A DNA stretch of 64,000 nt from Chrysomallon squamiferum (lineage: Eukaryota; Animalia; Mollusca), in NCBI GenBank assembly GCA_012295275.1, contig CM022677.1, positions 20,832,001-20,896,000 on the forward strand, in the 5' to 3' direction. A program made the translations under genes and the position numbers. This document shows positions 1 to 22,907 of this stretch, one piece after another. The stretch's first letter is position 1; every line of letters begins with the position of its first letter. The notes below the pieces were generated by a model that made no database searches, was not told where the DNA came from, and saw only the letters and a program-made list of their open reading frames with translations.

Positions 1-75
1 AGCTTTTCTTCAATGAAATATCATATATATTTCTGTACAATAAGAACAAGAAAGGTAAAGACACCCAAAACTAAC

Positions 76-582
76 CAGGACATTCTTCTCCTGTGTCACA
101 GTCGATCAACTCCTTTTTAATACTGGGCCCATGACAGAGTACTCGTCCGTTACTCCCTGGACACTTTCGAGTCAGAGTTACAGTTTTCACACCAACTGAA
201 CAAGTAACACTACAAGATGATGATGAACTTCGAATCCATGCTCCCCAACCAGGATCATCTAGATCATTATTATTATAAATATGTAAAGGTAAAAATCTGT
301 CCCTCTACATACCTCTCTATGCATGTTTTTCACTTTCATTTTTTTTTTTAGTTTTATTTTATGTATTTCTTACTTTCGTTCTTTCTGTCTTTCTTTCTTT
401 TATTTTCTTTTATTTCTTCATTTATGTATTAATGTATTTATTTACTTATTTAATTTATTATTTTTATTAATATATTGTTTTTCTTTCTTATGGTGATATA
501 AATTTATAATAATAATAATTTACTTTGTTAGCTAATTAAATAATTAGTTACACAGTAAGCTTTTCAGTTATAATTAATCACG

Positions 583-644
<62 letters not shown>

Positions 645-1048
645 TATTACAATATAAAAACATTATTATCATCAGATAATATATTACTACAGAGAGTTTG
701 ATTTCAGATTATGGATCGAAAAAATACCTATTCTGATATGAAAACAATGAAATATATTTTCTAAGTTTAAAATAAAGGCATCGTACCAGGACATACGCTA
801 GGAGCACAGTGGGCTATCACATGTCTTGTTCTACGTCCAACGCAGTCTTTTCCTCCGTGCTGTGGTCGAGGGTTCGTACATGTTCGAAAACTGTCGTATT
901 CTGTTTTACATGTTCGAAAACTGTCGTATTCTCCAGTTTTACCATAACCACAAGTTATATATATATATATATATATATATGAGCAATATATATGAAACAT
1001 AATCAAAACAACACATGTGCTGTTTTTAATATTTAATCCACTTAAGTG

Positions 1049-1081
<33 letters not shown>

Positions 1082-2033
1082 ATCCAAGTTTCCATCCACC
1101 ATTCAATATATATATATATATATATAAAATAATATTTATATTTATTTATTTATTTATTTATTATATATTTTATTATTATTATTATTATTATATATACATA
1201 TATATAATTCTTCATGTTAATTTATTCAATATAGTAAACAGCTATGATACTCTCTATTAATTATTTGTTTAATATCAAAGTAAACTCTATATACCAGTCT
1301 AGTATGTGTGAAAGATAAAAAGTGATTAATAGTAGTATGAAACATAATAATAATAAAACATAGATATATAGATAATAGATAGATATATAGATATTTCCAG
1401 TTTTTCTTAATTTGTCTAGTTGATATTGAATGTATTAATAAAAAAAATAATAGTAAATCAAAATGAAATCAATAAACAATAAGAATCGATTTATTGTAGT
1501 ATCAAACATAATAATAATAATAATAGTAATAATAATAAAAATAAAATAATAATAAAAATAATAATAATAATAGGAAGGCACACATAGATAGATTGACAAA
1601 GATACCAATATAGATGTATATATATTATTTACCTTCGTGCATTTTAATTTGTTTTTAACACAATAATAAACTGACACTGAAATAATAAGAATAAATGTAA
1701 AAACAAAGAAAATTACCAGGACATTTCCTGCCAGAGTCACATGGGATCGAATGTGTTTTCTTGTCAGGACCACGACAACGTCCTCGTCCGTTACTCCCTG
1801 GACAGTGTCGAACCAGAGTCACAGTTTTCACACCAACTGAACAAGTAGCACTACAAGATGATGAAGAAATCTGTCTCCATGAGCCCCAACCAGGATCATC
1901 TAGGGAATTATATTATAATTATGTCAATACATTTTTCTGTTTCAGACTTTTTCTTTATTATCATTATTTATTTTTTTTATTTTTTTTTAAATTTATTTTA
2001 ATTAATGTTTTATATAATGTTTTATTTATTGCC

Positions 2034-2072
<39 letters not shown>

Positions 2073-3380
2073 GTCAAATTTAATTATTTATTTTTCCTAC
2101 ACACTTTGATTTCAGGTTATGGATAGAGAAATACGTATTCTGATATGAACAAATGAAATATATTTTCTAAGATTAAAATAAAGGCATCGTACCAGGACAT
2201 ACGCTGGCAGTACACTGGGCTGTCACATGTCTTGTTCTAAGTCCAACGCAGTCTTTTCCTCCGTTTTGTGGTCGAGGGTTCGTACATGTTCGAAAACTGT
2301 CGTATTCCATTTTACCATAACCACACGTTACAGAGCAGTCTGTTCTGTTCGTATTTAGCCATCCACTCCATCCACCATGCACTATTTTTCTCCTTCTTCT
2401 TTTTCTTCTTCTTCTTCTTCTTCTTCTTATTATTATTATTGTTATTATTATTATGATTATTTTATTATTATTGGTGTTGTTGTCATAAAAATAATGCACA
2501 ATAATATACTACATAGAGAGAAAGATATACAAAGAGAAACAGAAATAGTTGTAAATAGAAAGGTATACAGGCAGAAAGACAGTGAGATATTTAGGTATAC
2601 AGACAGATATACAGGCATTTAGACAGGCAGAAAAACATGCAAATACAGGTATAGATTTAGATACAGATCAAAGTACTATCTAGATATTCTGAACGAAGAC
2701 GTTATTTACAGTTTTTCTTCACTGAAATATCATTTAACTTCGTGTATTTTTACTGGCTTTTATAAAATAATAAATTAACAATAAAATAAGAATAAGAAAT
2801 GAAAAGTAAAGTAAACTTACCAGGACAGTTCGTGCCAGAGTCACATGGGATCGAATGTGTTTTCATGTCGGGACCACGACAACGTCGTTGTGCGTCACGC
2901 CCTGGACAGTTTCGAACCAGAGTCACAGTTTTGACACCAACTGAACAAGTAACACTACAAGATGATGAAGAAACCTGTATCCATGAGCCCCAACCAGGAT
3001 CATCTAAGCAATTATATTATAATTATGTCAATACATTTTTCTGTTTCAGACTTTTTCCTTTTGTTATTTTATTTATTGTCATTATTTATTTTCTGTATTT
3101 TTGTTTATTATTTTATTTAATGTTTATTTTATTACTGTTATTATTATTATTATTAGTAGTAGTAGTAGTAGTAGTAGTACTAGGGGCAGTAGTAATTCTG
3201 TTAAATTTAATTAATTTTTTTTAAGAAAGGTAAAATGTGATTAATAGTAATAATATCATTATTTATTATTATTATTTTTATTATTATTGCTGTTGCTGTA
3301 ATAAAAATAATGCAGAATAATATGACATAATGAGAGGGATATACAGAACAGAAACATAAATTGTTGGGTATATAGGAAGT

Positions 3381-3414
<34 letters not shown>

Positions 3415-3857
3415 CGTATGTAGATATACAGACAGGCATACAAACGTACAAATATTTAGATATAGGACTATCTAGATTTAGATAAAGGACTATCTAGATA
3501 TTCTTAACGAATAAAAGTAAAAGAAGTGTAAAAGCAAAGAAACATTACCAGGACATTTCCTGCCAGAGTCACATGAGATCGAATGTATTTTCGTGTCGGG
3601 GCCAAGACAATGTCGTCGTCCCTTACTCCCTGGACAGTGTCGAACCAGAGTCACAGTTTTCACACCAACTGAACAAGTAACACTACAAGATGATGAAGAA
3701 ATCTGTGTCCATGAGCCCCACACAGGATCATCTTAGGAATTAAATTACAATTATGTCAATACATTTTTCTGTTTCAGTCTCTTTCCTTCTCTTTTTCTTT
3801 ATTATCATTATTTATTTTTATATATTTTTTGATTTTTTTGTTATTTTATTTAATGTT

Positions 3858-3944
<87 letters not shown>

Positions 3945-4655
3945 AATTATTATTCATAAATAATTATAGTATTTTCTTTTCTATCAAAAATATGAATCGT
4001 ACACTTTCTTCGGTTGATGTAAGACTTCAGTTTACTATCATTGTGCAGATGTTACTTACCTTTATACTCTTCTTCTTGGATATCTCCTGGTATAAAAAGA
4101 AGGTAAAATAATATTAATTCCTTACAAATTCATGTGTGAAGTGAACTCTTACAAAATAACAATGTTACTAAAAACATCGTACCGTGTATCTCCATCAGTT
4201 ATTATCTGAATGAGAGAGAGAGAGATAGAATGAATAATGTTACAAGCAGAGATCTTCAGCAACAACAACAACAATAGAGATAATTCTGATATAATAGTTT
4301 ATAAATTCTTAATCTTTTTTTTTTTTTTTTTTTTTTATTTTAATGTAAAGACAATATACACTGTTTCCTGTCTTGTTCGGACATCCAAGGAGCCGATAAC
4401 AAGTGTCCCTACACTGTAGTTGACCTCTTACCAGAGGGACAAAGACTACAAACAGTTGATTTGAACATATTCTGTATTAACATGAGTGACAAGACACGTG
4501 GGAGAGGTAGCCTCTTGCTACAAAGTTACAATTACAAATACACTGAACTCTTTGACGCATGTAAATAAAACTTATTTTTCACATCATCAGACTCATAATA
4601 AGCAAACAGAACTCTGATCTGTGTCAGCCGCACCAGAACGTCATTTTTTCAAATG

Positions 4656-4706
<51 letters not shown>

Positions 4707-5292
4707 TTCATTTTCATTTCGTTAATAATTATAGAATTTTTTCTGTTAAAAAAAAATGAATCATACACTTTTTTTTCGTTTTCTGTAACACTTCAGTTTA
4801 CTCTCATTTTGACGACAAGAAAACAATACACATATACATATATATTTTTTACATTACTTACCCCTCCTCGGTTTTACTGTCTTTGTGTCTGTTATAAAAA
4901 AATAAAAATAAATAAAACAATATTAATTCCTTCGACATTCAGTTTTGAAGTAAACTTTTACAAAAGAATTATTTATGTAAATTTATGTTTTGTTTTTCCT
5001 ACACACTTTGATTTCAGGTTATGGATAGAGAAATACGTATTCTGATATGAACAAATGAAATATATTTTCTAAGTTTAAAATAAAGGCATCGTACCAGGAC
5101 ATACGCTGGCAGTACAGTGGGCTGTCACATGTCTTGTTCTACGTCCAACGCAGTCTTTTCCTCCGTTTTCTGGTCGAGGGTTCGTACATGTTCGAAAACT
5201 GTCGTATTCTGTTTTACCATAACCACACGTTACAGAGCAGTCTGTTCTGTTCGTATTTAGCCATCTACTCCATCCACCATGCACTATTTATG

Positions 5293-5363
<71 letters not shown>

Positions 5364-5999
5364 TCTTATTATTGTTGGTGTTTTTGTAATAAAAATAATT
5401 CAGGATAATATCACACATAGAGAGACAGATATACAAACTGGAACAGAAATAGTAGACAGGTAGACAGACAGATATGCAGATATACAGACAGGCAGACAAA
5501 CATACAAATATAGGTATATATTTCGATATAGATCAAAGTAGTATGTAGACGTTCTTAACGAAGACGTTATTTTCAGTTTTTGTTCACTGAAATATCATTT
5601 ACCTTCGTGCATTTTAACATGTTTTTATACAATAATAAATTTACAAGAAAAAAAAGAAACAAATGGAAATGAAAACTAAAGTAAACTTACCAGGACATTT
5701 CGTGCCAGAGTCACATGAGATCAAATGTGTTTTCTTGTCGGGGCCACGACAATGTCTTTGTCCATCACTCCCTGGACAGTTTCGAACCAGAGTCACAGTT
5801 TTCACACCAACTGAACAAGTAACACTACAAGATGATGAAGAAATCTTTCTCCATGAGCCCCAACCAGGATCATCTAGGAAATTATATTAGAATTATGTCA
5901 ATACATCTTTCTGTTTCAGACTTTTTCCTTTTTAATTTTTTTTTTTTATTGTCATTATCTATTTTATTTATTTTTATTTCTTATTTTATTTAGTGTTTA

Positions 6000-6079
<80 letters not shown>

Positions 6080-6848
6080 GTTATTACTATTGTTACTATT
6101 ATTATTGTTGTTTGTGTTTCTGTAATAAAAATAATGCCCAATAATATCATACATAGAGAGACAGATATACAAACAGAGACAGAAATAGTCGGTTGGATAG
6201 AAAGGTAGAGAGACAGACAGAAAGATTTGTAGATATACACACAGGCAGAGAAACATACAAATGTATGTATTTGTTTTTATATAGATCGAAGTACTATCTA
6301 GATATTCTTAAACTAAAACGTTATTTCCAGTTTTTCTTCACTGAAATATCGGTTACCTTCGTGCATTTTAACTTGTTTTTTTTTTATATATTTAAAATAA
6401 TAAATTGGATACAAAATAATAAGAAGAAATGCAAAAAGCAAAGAAAATTACCAGGACAGTTCGTGCCAGAGTCACATGAGATCGAATGTGTTTTCGTGTC
6501 GGGGCCACGACAGTGTCTTCGTCCATCACTCCCTGGACAGTGTCGAACCAGAGTCACAGTTTTCACACCAACTGAACAAGTAACACTACAAGATGATGAA
6601 GAAACCTGTCTCCATGAACTCCAACCAGGATCATCTGAGGAATTGTATTATAATTATGTCAATACATTTTTCTGTTTCAGTCTTTTTCCTTTTCTTTTTT
6701 CTTGATGATCATTGTTTATTTAATTTATTTTTATTTATTATTTTAATTAATGTTTAATTTATTATTATTACTATCATTATTATTTATGTTTAATTTAATT
6801 TTTATGTTTTGAAAAAGAGAAAAAGTTTGAATAATAGTAGTTAGAAAC

Positions 6849-6881
<33 letters not shown>

Positions 6882-7006
6882 TTATTGTTGTTGTTGCTGT
6901 TGTAATAAAAATAATGCAGAATAATATCATACATAGAGAGACAGAGATACAAACAGAAACAGAAATAGTTGGGTAGATGGATAGGTAGATGGACAAAGAG
7001 ACAGAC

Positions 7007-7051
<45 letters not shown>

Positions 7052-8629
7052 CAGGCAGACAAACATACAAATACAGGTATATATTTAGATACAGATCAAA
7101 GTACTATCTAGATATACTTAACGAAGACGTTATTTACAGTTTTTCTTCACTGAAATATCATTTAGCTTCGTGCATTTTAACTTGTTTTTGAGAAAATTAT
7201 AAATTGACAATAAAATAAGAACAAAAAACGTAAAAGCAAAGAAAATTACCAGGACATTTCGTGCCAGAGTCACATGGGATCAAAGCTCTTTTCGTGTCGG
7301 GACCACGACAATGTGGTCGTCCGTTACTGCCTTGACAGTATCGCACCAGAGTTATAGTGTTGAAACCGACTGAACAAGTAACACTACAGGATGATGAAGA
7401 AACCTGTCTCCATGAGCCCCACCCACCATCATCTAGGGAATTATATTATAATTATGTCCATACATCTTTCTGTTTCACTCTTTTTCCTTTCCTTTATTCT
7501 TGATTATCATTGTTTATTTTATTTATTTTTATTTATTATTTTATTTAATGTTTTATTTATTAGGTTATTTAATGTTTCATTTTTTTTTTTTTTTTTTTTT
7601 TTTTTATTTCTATTGATATGCAGTGTTATATGGTCGTTTTTTTTCTGATTTGTTTTATTTTATTTTATTTTAATTTAATTTTAATTTTAATTTTAATTAT
7701 TTTATTTGAATTTATTTATTTATAAAATTCTTCGTGAGTTAGATTTGTTGCACGTAGTAAATAGGTACGGTACTCTATTAACTAAATATGTTGATATCAA
7801 AGTGTAAACTGTACATACCAGAGTCAGTAATACTGTAAGTCGCTGTTTCTTCATTTGTTTAGTTGTTGTTGAATGTATTAATTAAAAATAAAGAAAGAAA
7901 GAGAGAAAGAAAGAAAGAAATATAGAAATAATAAATCAATAAATAATAAAAAGTGATTAATTTTAGTATCAAACATAATAATAATAATAATGATACTGAT
8001 AATAATAATAATAATAGACCCACACATAGATAGATTGATATAGATACAAATATAGATATATGTAGATATAACGGTGTATAATCAAAGAGTGAAACAAGAA
8101 AACAAAAAAACAGACAACAGAAGCAACAGAAACAACAGCAAGACAACAACAAACACATAAACAAGCAAGCATCCAAAGATAAATATAAAACAAAAGTATT
8201 GATTGAAAAAAGAATGCTTAGAGTTATGTCAGAGAATAAGAGTCCATGAATTATTTGTTTTATATACAAATATCATTTAGGTAAATATGCTCTTAAGTGA
8301 AGAAGCTAAGACAAACAAAACTGAAAAGAAAACAATTGCGAGTCATAGAAATATTGAGAATCCTAATTTCTAAGCCAGTAAAATGATCAAATATAACACA
8401 AATTAAGAAAGGGAATTAGATTTAAAGTGATTTTAATTTTGTTTTTTAAATTATATTCATATGTCTACTATATAGTGAGGTACATTTCATTTTTACTGTT
8501 CTGCATTTAGGCATTAATGTTCATATTCCTTCTTCAGAATAGGAACTTGTGAGTTCTTCAGCTAAATAAGTTTTGCTGTGAATTGTCAGTTGAAAAAAAA
8601 AAAAAAAAACGAATTGATGAATATCAAAT

Positions 8630-8674
<45 letters not shown>

Positions 8675-9019
8675 GAAAAGAACAACAATAACAGCAACAA
8701 TAGAAATAATAATAAAAAATAATAAATACATAAATAACAGAATATATTATATTTGTTTGTTTGTTGTTTGTTTGTTTGTTTGTTTATTGATTTACTTACT
8801 TATTTACTTACTTAATGACTTCCTTTCTTCCTTATTTGCTAAATTATTATAAAATTATCATTCATTATTATTATTGTTATTATTGTTGTTGTTGTTGTTG
8901 TTGTGGTTGCTGTGTTTTTTATTTAGTTTTTAAATCAAGACCAGCACACTGCAAATGAGCTACAACATAAAACAGAATTAACTTAGAGAAAAGTATTAAA
9001 ATAATGTTATATCACTTAC

Positions 9020-9068
<49 letters not shown>

Positions 9069-9224
9069 GTGGTTGTTTTTGTTATCAATTATTATTGTTA
9101 TTATTATTAATTATTATTCTTGTATTCTTATTCTTATTAGTATTATAGCCATCCACTCTATCCAACTTCAACCTTTACACAATAATAATAATAACAATAA
9201 TAATAATAACAATAATAATAATAA

Positions 9225-9255
<31 letters not shown>

Positions 9256-11430
9256 AAAAAGAAGAAGAACGTAACACTACGGCTTAACTAGACAAAATTA
9301 TAATTTATAGCAATAGTTGAAAAAACTGCAGTTTTAAATGAAAATTCAGTACTTTCATTTTTTAGTCACGACTGAACAGTTGAGTTACCCTTGTAACAAG
9401 ACTCCCAGCATCTCATATATCTGGTTCCTCTTTGTAAGCCAAAACATGTTCTATTTTTCAGACATCTGCGTGTATACCTTACTGTCTGAAAACACTTACT
9501 GTCACACGCACCAAATTCGGACCGTTGCCATAACGACCAAACTCCAGTAGCTAGGAAAGAAAAAAAGAAAGGAAAGAAAAAATCATATATATATGTATGT
9601 ATTTGTTAGCACTCTATTTAGATTTGTATATTGATACTGACGTTAGTGTGTGCTAAATACTACAGATATCAGATATACATTCGGAGAGATATAAATGCAT
9701 GCAGGGATAGACAGATGGTTCAACAGAGATGCATATTATTCGTAATGGTCATCGTAACTGTGATTATCTTTATTTTAATTGTTTTGATGATTCTGTTGAT
9801 GACTATCCAAATGATAATAAAGTATAATCATAGTAGTAGCAGTTGTTCCAAAAGTGCCAGACGTAGTAATAGTAGTAGTAATAGTAATCGCAGTAGCAGG
9901 AGTTGTTCTAGCAGTACTTGTTGCAATACTAACACTAGTAACACTAGTATTAGTTGTTGTTGTAACTAACAAATTGTCAACAATTACGGACTACTCACTA
10001 TCACACTTATATTTATTTTGTAGATGTGATTTCGACCGTTCTTCCATAAAAGAGACTTTCTTTAGCCCATCCATGCAATATCCATACAGAACTTCATTAG
10101 GTAAATCAAGCATTATTTTATACAGACTACAGTTGCAAACAAGTTCTGTGCCCATCACGTTAATGTCACGAAATTTGTCTCTTTCATACTGAAGAACGAA
10201 GTCCACATCTACCAGTTTAGTATTCTTAAGCCCAATAGAAAGATGAAAACCAAATTTTTTGAACGAGTTCCCATCAACTGTATACAGTGGATTTTCAGAC
10301 AAATCCAGATCTGTTATGGGATATCCTCGAAAAGAGTTTGCTAGTACAGTTTTTATTTTGTTGTTTACTAAGTTTATTTTTCTTAGATTTGGTACGTTTT
10401 CTAAAATCTGTGTCGGGATTACAGTTAAATTTCTCCTATTTAGTGATAATGTTTTCAAACAGTTTCCTTGTGCACTAAACATTGTTGCTGACAATGGAAA
10501 ATTTGTTCCACTAACATCAAGTTCCTCCAAACATAGTTGTCCTACAAGAGACTGTCTAGTAAAAGATGTAAGCGGATTGTCAGCAAGATCGAGATTTTTT
10601 AGTTTAGTGAAATTACGAATACAAGTTGGTACATCATCCAGAGTGCAGTTTCGCAACACAAGCACTTTCAAGACCGTTGTTAATTCAGTCAAACTGTTTG
10701 ATTCAAAAGTTAAATGTTGATTGCCACTCAGTATCAACGTCTCTAACTTCCCAAGTCCTCTCAAGTCTTCGTTTCGAATTATCTTGATGCTGTTGTTTCC
10801 CAGGTTCAGAGAAGTAAGACCTGCAGTATAATCCAAAGCTGAACTCACACTTTCTAGCTTATTAGAGTTCAGATTTATAATTCGAAGTGACTCTAAGTCG
10901 TAGAAAGTATGTTCTTGTATGTGTGTCAGGTTGCAGTCCTCTAGCTGTATGTTGGTCAGAGAGACGAGATTTAGGTCAGTGAAACAGGCTTGGTGCAGAA
11001 CCCCGTCCGCTTGCTGGTTCCCGCTCAGTACAAGCTTATTCAGCTTCGAAAGACCTTTCAGAAATGTCATCTTGCTTCCAAAAGATATCCCAGCATTTCG
11101 AAGACTCAGATATCCTAATGAATGTGCCAATCTAATCAAAGCCTCCTTTCCTAAAGACGGACTACTTTTTGACTTGATTCGAAGAATATTTATTGTTGAA
11201 TTGAACGGGAAATCTGATTTTGATAAAGTCTTGGAAGGATTGAACTGTATATCAAGTCGAATAGGCAGACTCTGTTGTTTCAGTACGGACAGATTGGGAA
11301 AGAAATCTGGTGATTCTGGACAAACGACTTCATAAATAAAAGAAGAGTTGTAACAACGACATTGTGAAGGACACTGTGCACGTGCTCGAAGACAGATGAA
11401 GTATATTAATATCAAAATAATCACTTCCAT
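76..11430 (-). CDS. Gene A: LRR + multi-TSP1 protein (3' part beyond window start)
   Basis: Exons read from AG/GT signals, all phase 1: LRR 11430-9999; TSP1-like 9550-9389 (162 nt); TSP1 7432-7250, 6634-6452, 5873-5691 (183 nt each), 5283-5095 (189); micro-exons 4888-4862 (DTKTVKPRR), 4086-4060 (GDIQEEEYK); TSP1 3731-3549, 3003-2821, 2381-2193, 1899-1717, 258-76. Each TSP1 exon has WxxW, a CxxTC motif and 6 Cys. Confidence 0.8.
787..1103 (-). pseudogene. Disrupted TSP1 exon copy
   Basis: 3' part of the 189-nt exon type with an internal 30-nt duplication (EYDSFRTC twice), separated from an AATGGTGGATGG (NGGW) fragment at ~1081-1103 by poly(T) and (TA)n. Confidence 0.65.
9999..11430 (-). CDS. 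Gene A exon: signal peptide + LRRNT + LRR array + LRRCT-like cap
   Basis: 479-aa ORF: hydrophobic N-terminus, CPSQCRC cap, repeated LxxLxLxxN, LVCNC...C...C cap; ends at GAT A|GTGAGT donor; acceptor upstream at 11478. Confidence 0.93.
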
Positions 11431-11561
11431 TATGTTCTCAAAGTATAAATTATTCCAAATTCACATTGGTTTGACCACCTGGATAAAAACCAAATCAATA
11501 AATTAATAATAAAAAAGAATGAAACAAAAATAATAATAATAATAATGAAAATAAAATAAAA

Positions 11562-11644
<83 letters not shown>

Positions 11645-12284
11645 AACATTCGTCTGAAAATGTTAAATTACTGTATGCTAATCTGATGTATTTTTGTGTG
11701 CACAGATACGCCAGATATTTATTACACATAAATCGTTGAATCAAACAGAAGTGATCCTGTTGTTTCAACAGTAATGAACGAAGTGTGATTGTATGCTACG
11801 TGGAAAAGCTGAATGGGTCTAATAAAATTAAAATGTTCCTAACTAAAACTTATTAAAATATTATTAAAAATATTTCGTTTTTATGTTCCTTTATATTAAT
11901 ACTCATCTTTCATTTTCGTGTACAAACGTATTCCGGACCCTGTTCAATGTTTCTAGAGTAGCCGTTCCTTCCTACTAAATTAGATTAAAACATGAAGAAA
12001 AAAATAAATAAAAGAACAAAATAAAAAAAGAGAAAGAAAGAGAAAACAAAAACAAAAGTGAAACTAACTAAATTAATTAATTAATTAAAATAAAATAAAA
12101 TAAAATACAAACAAACAACCTACTGTTATAACAATAACATTGTCGAGTATTCTGTTAACAAAAAGAGTGTCATAGTAAACCATTAATTTAAAATTGTCAT
12201 TATTAACGTATTATTAATTTACTAAGCCTCAGCTGCTGCGCGTCTGCTTTGATTACCGCGGTTGTTTTTATTTTTCTCTTTTTC

Positions 12285-12335
12285 TTACGTAATTTGATAT
12301 ATACGTCAGCTGCTATTACAGAGGCCTGGTATGGG
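12285..12335 (-). promoter_or_regulatory. Conserved upstream module of gene A (CCCAT..AGGCCTC..TGACG..TTACGTAA)
   Basis: Same motif order upstream of genes C, D and E; TTACGTAA palindrome at 12285-12292. Confidence 0.55.
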
Positions 12336-13636
12336 CTACAAATATTAAAAAAAAAAATAATAATAATAATAATAATAATAAGATATGTCTCTCTCTCTCT
12401 CACCAACTATATATCTTTCTATGCATTTCTCTTTCTCTCCCTATATCTATATTTCTGATTATGTATCTATCTATCTATTAATCTATCTATCTATCTATCG
12501 ATCTATCTATCTATCTATACACACACACACACGCACACACACACACATATATATCTACATAACGCAAGCAAATTTCATACTGTTTGTCTATGCGTCTATA
12601 TAAAGATGTGCTTAACATTGTTGTTAGTTTATTTGTTTGTTTATAAATTTATGTATTTACTTAGGGAACTGGAACGATATTCTCACAAGGAAAAGTTAAG
12701 AAGTATGACAAAGGTAATATTTATAACACTTGACATACACACGCGACACCACTACCACCAACAGTAGTATATGTGTGTGTATGTGTGTGTGTGTGTCTGT
12801 GTATATAATTAAAAGTCATTAAATATAAACAAAATATGAAAGTAAAGAAAGAAAGAAAAAAGAAAGAAAGAAGAAATAAAGAAAAATGACAAATAACATT
12901 TTACACACTAAGTATAAATTTCAGACAGACTTTTACTGGTTTTGATGCTATATCTAGATTCTTCTCAGATTTTTGTTCATGATTTTAATATTATTTTTCT
13001 TATTAAAAACGATAATAATAGTAATAATAATAAAATTGAAAATATAAAAAAATGATGAAAAGTTATAACTAAATCACTTAAGAATTCAAAACAGAATCGA
13101 AAATAAATAAAATACAATAAAATAAATATAAAATAAACAAAGAAAGAAAGAAAGAAAGACATACAAAGAAAAATGACAAATGCAATTTTTAAAAGTAACG
13201 TTAAATTTCAGTGTCAGAACTTAACTCGCTTTGATTCTCAATCTCTCTATATAGGTTTTAATCAGAGTTTATTTTTTTAAATATTTTCCTACATATACAT
13301 TATACATTTTTCTATTTAGTTTTATTCAGAGTTTCTTTTTGAAAAAAACATACCTGCATACACAAATATAAATAATGCTAGTTTTGCATATTTGTTCAAT
13401 CTACTTGATGGTAGCAACAATAACGAGTTTGTCTGTATCTCCATACACAGCGTCATTAACTGATTTGCATGAAATGTCCACACACCCTGTAACACAGCTT
13501 AGAAACATCCGAACGTACAAGTTAGCTTTACAAATTAGGCCAAACACGTAATTTATATGTCAGAACAAAAAAAAAAAAAAGAAAAACAAGTCGAATCACT
13601 ACTCTAGGAAACTTGATGACAACATCAACAACAAGA

Positions 13637-13692
<56 letters not shown>

Positions 13693-14026
13693 GCAGATTA
13701 TAAAATCTGTTTGTTTATATTTATATAATGATGAATTCGTGAATGACGTTGTTTCCGGTGAGCGGTATTATTAATTTTAAATTTCTACATCACAGAAACC
13801 TATAAGTTTTAATCTCTTTATTATCATAAAACCGTCTTAGGAACGTTTCTAATTACTTAATTTTCATAATAATATTCCTATTTTTCATTTCATCTGTGTT
13901 TTAATTCCGAAGTTTCCGTGAGTCAGACAATTTAAGAATATTTGTCGTGTCACAAACTTTCGACACTCTCCCACTTTCTAAAGGACGATGGTAGACCATA
14001 CAAAGGTACAGTAATTTCAATCGTTA

Positions 14027-14084
<58 letters not shown>

Positions 14085-14211
14085 TTTCCTATATAAAATA
14101 ATTAAACACTACTGCTGCTACTACTACTACAACTAATAATAATAATAATTAAAACTTCATGCTTTCTTCTTACAGATTGTTAACAGTTTACCTTTATTTC
14201 TCTCAAATGGC

Positions 14212-22907
<8,696 letters not shown>

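Noticed and set aside
4340-4650. Higher-complexity island between the two gene A micro-exons
   Set aside because: Could be a mobile-element fragment, but I see no terminal repeats, target duplication or ORF.
9140-9180. GWIEW-like fragment on the - strand
   Set aside because: Too short and followed by low-complexity sequence; at most a TSP1 relic.
1435-9291. Many ORFs rich in poly-I/L/Y/N or LS/ER/IY repeats
   Set aside because: Translations of (ATT)n, (AG)n, (TA)n and (GATA)n microsatellites.
10259-11335. Long antisense ORFs over LRR exons (also 14757-15644, 25958-26443, 39060-39428, 61302-62378)
   Set aside because: Shadow ORFs of the LRR coding strand; no independent signals.
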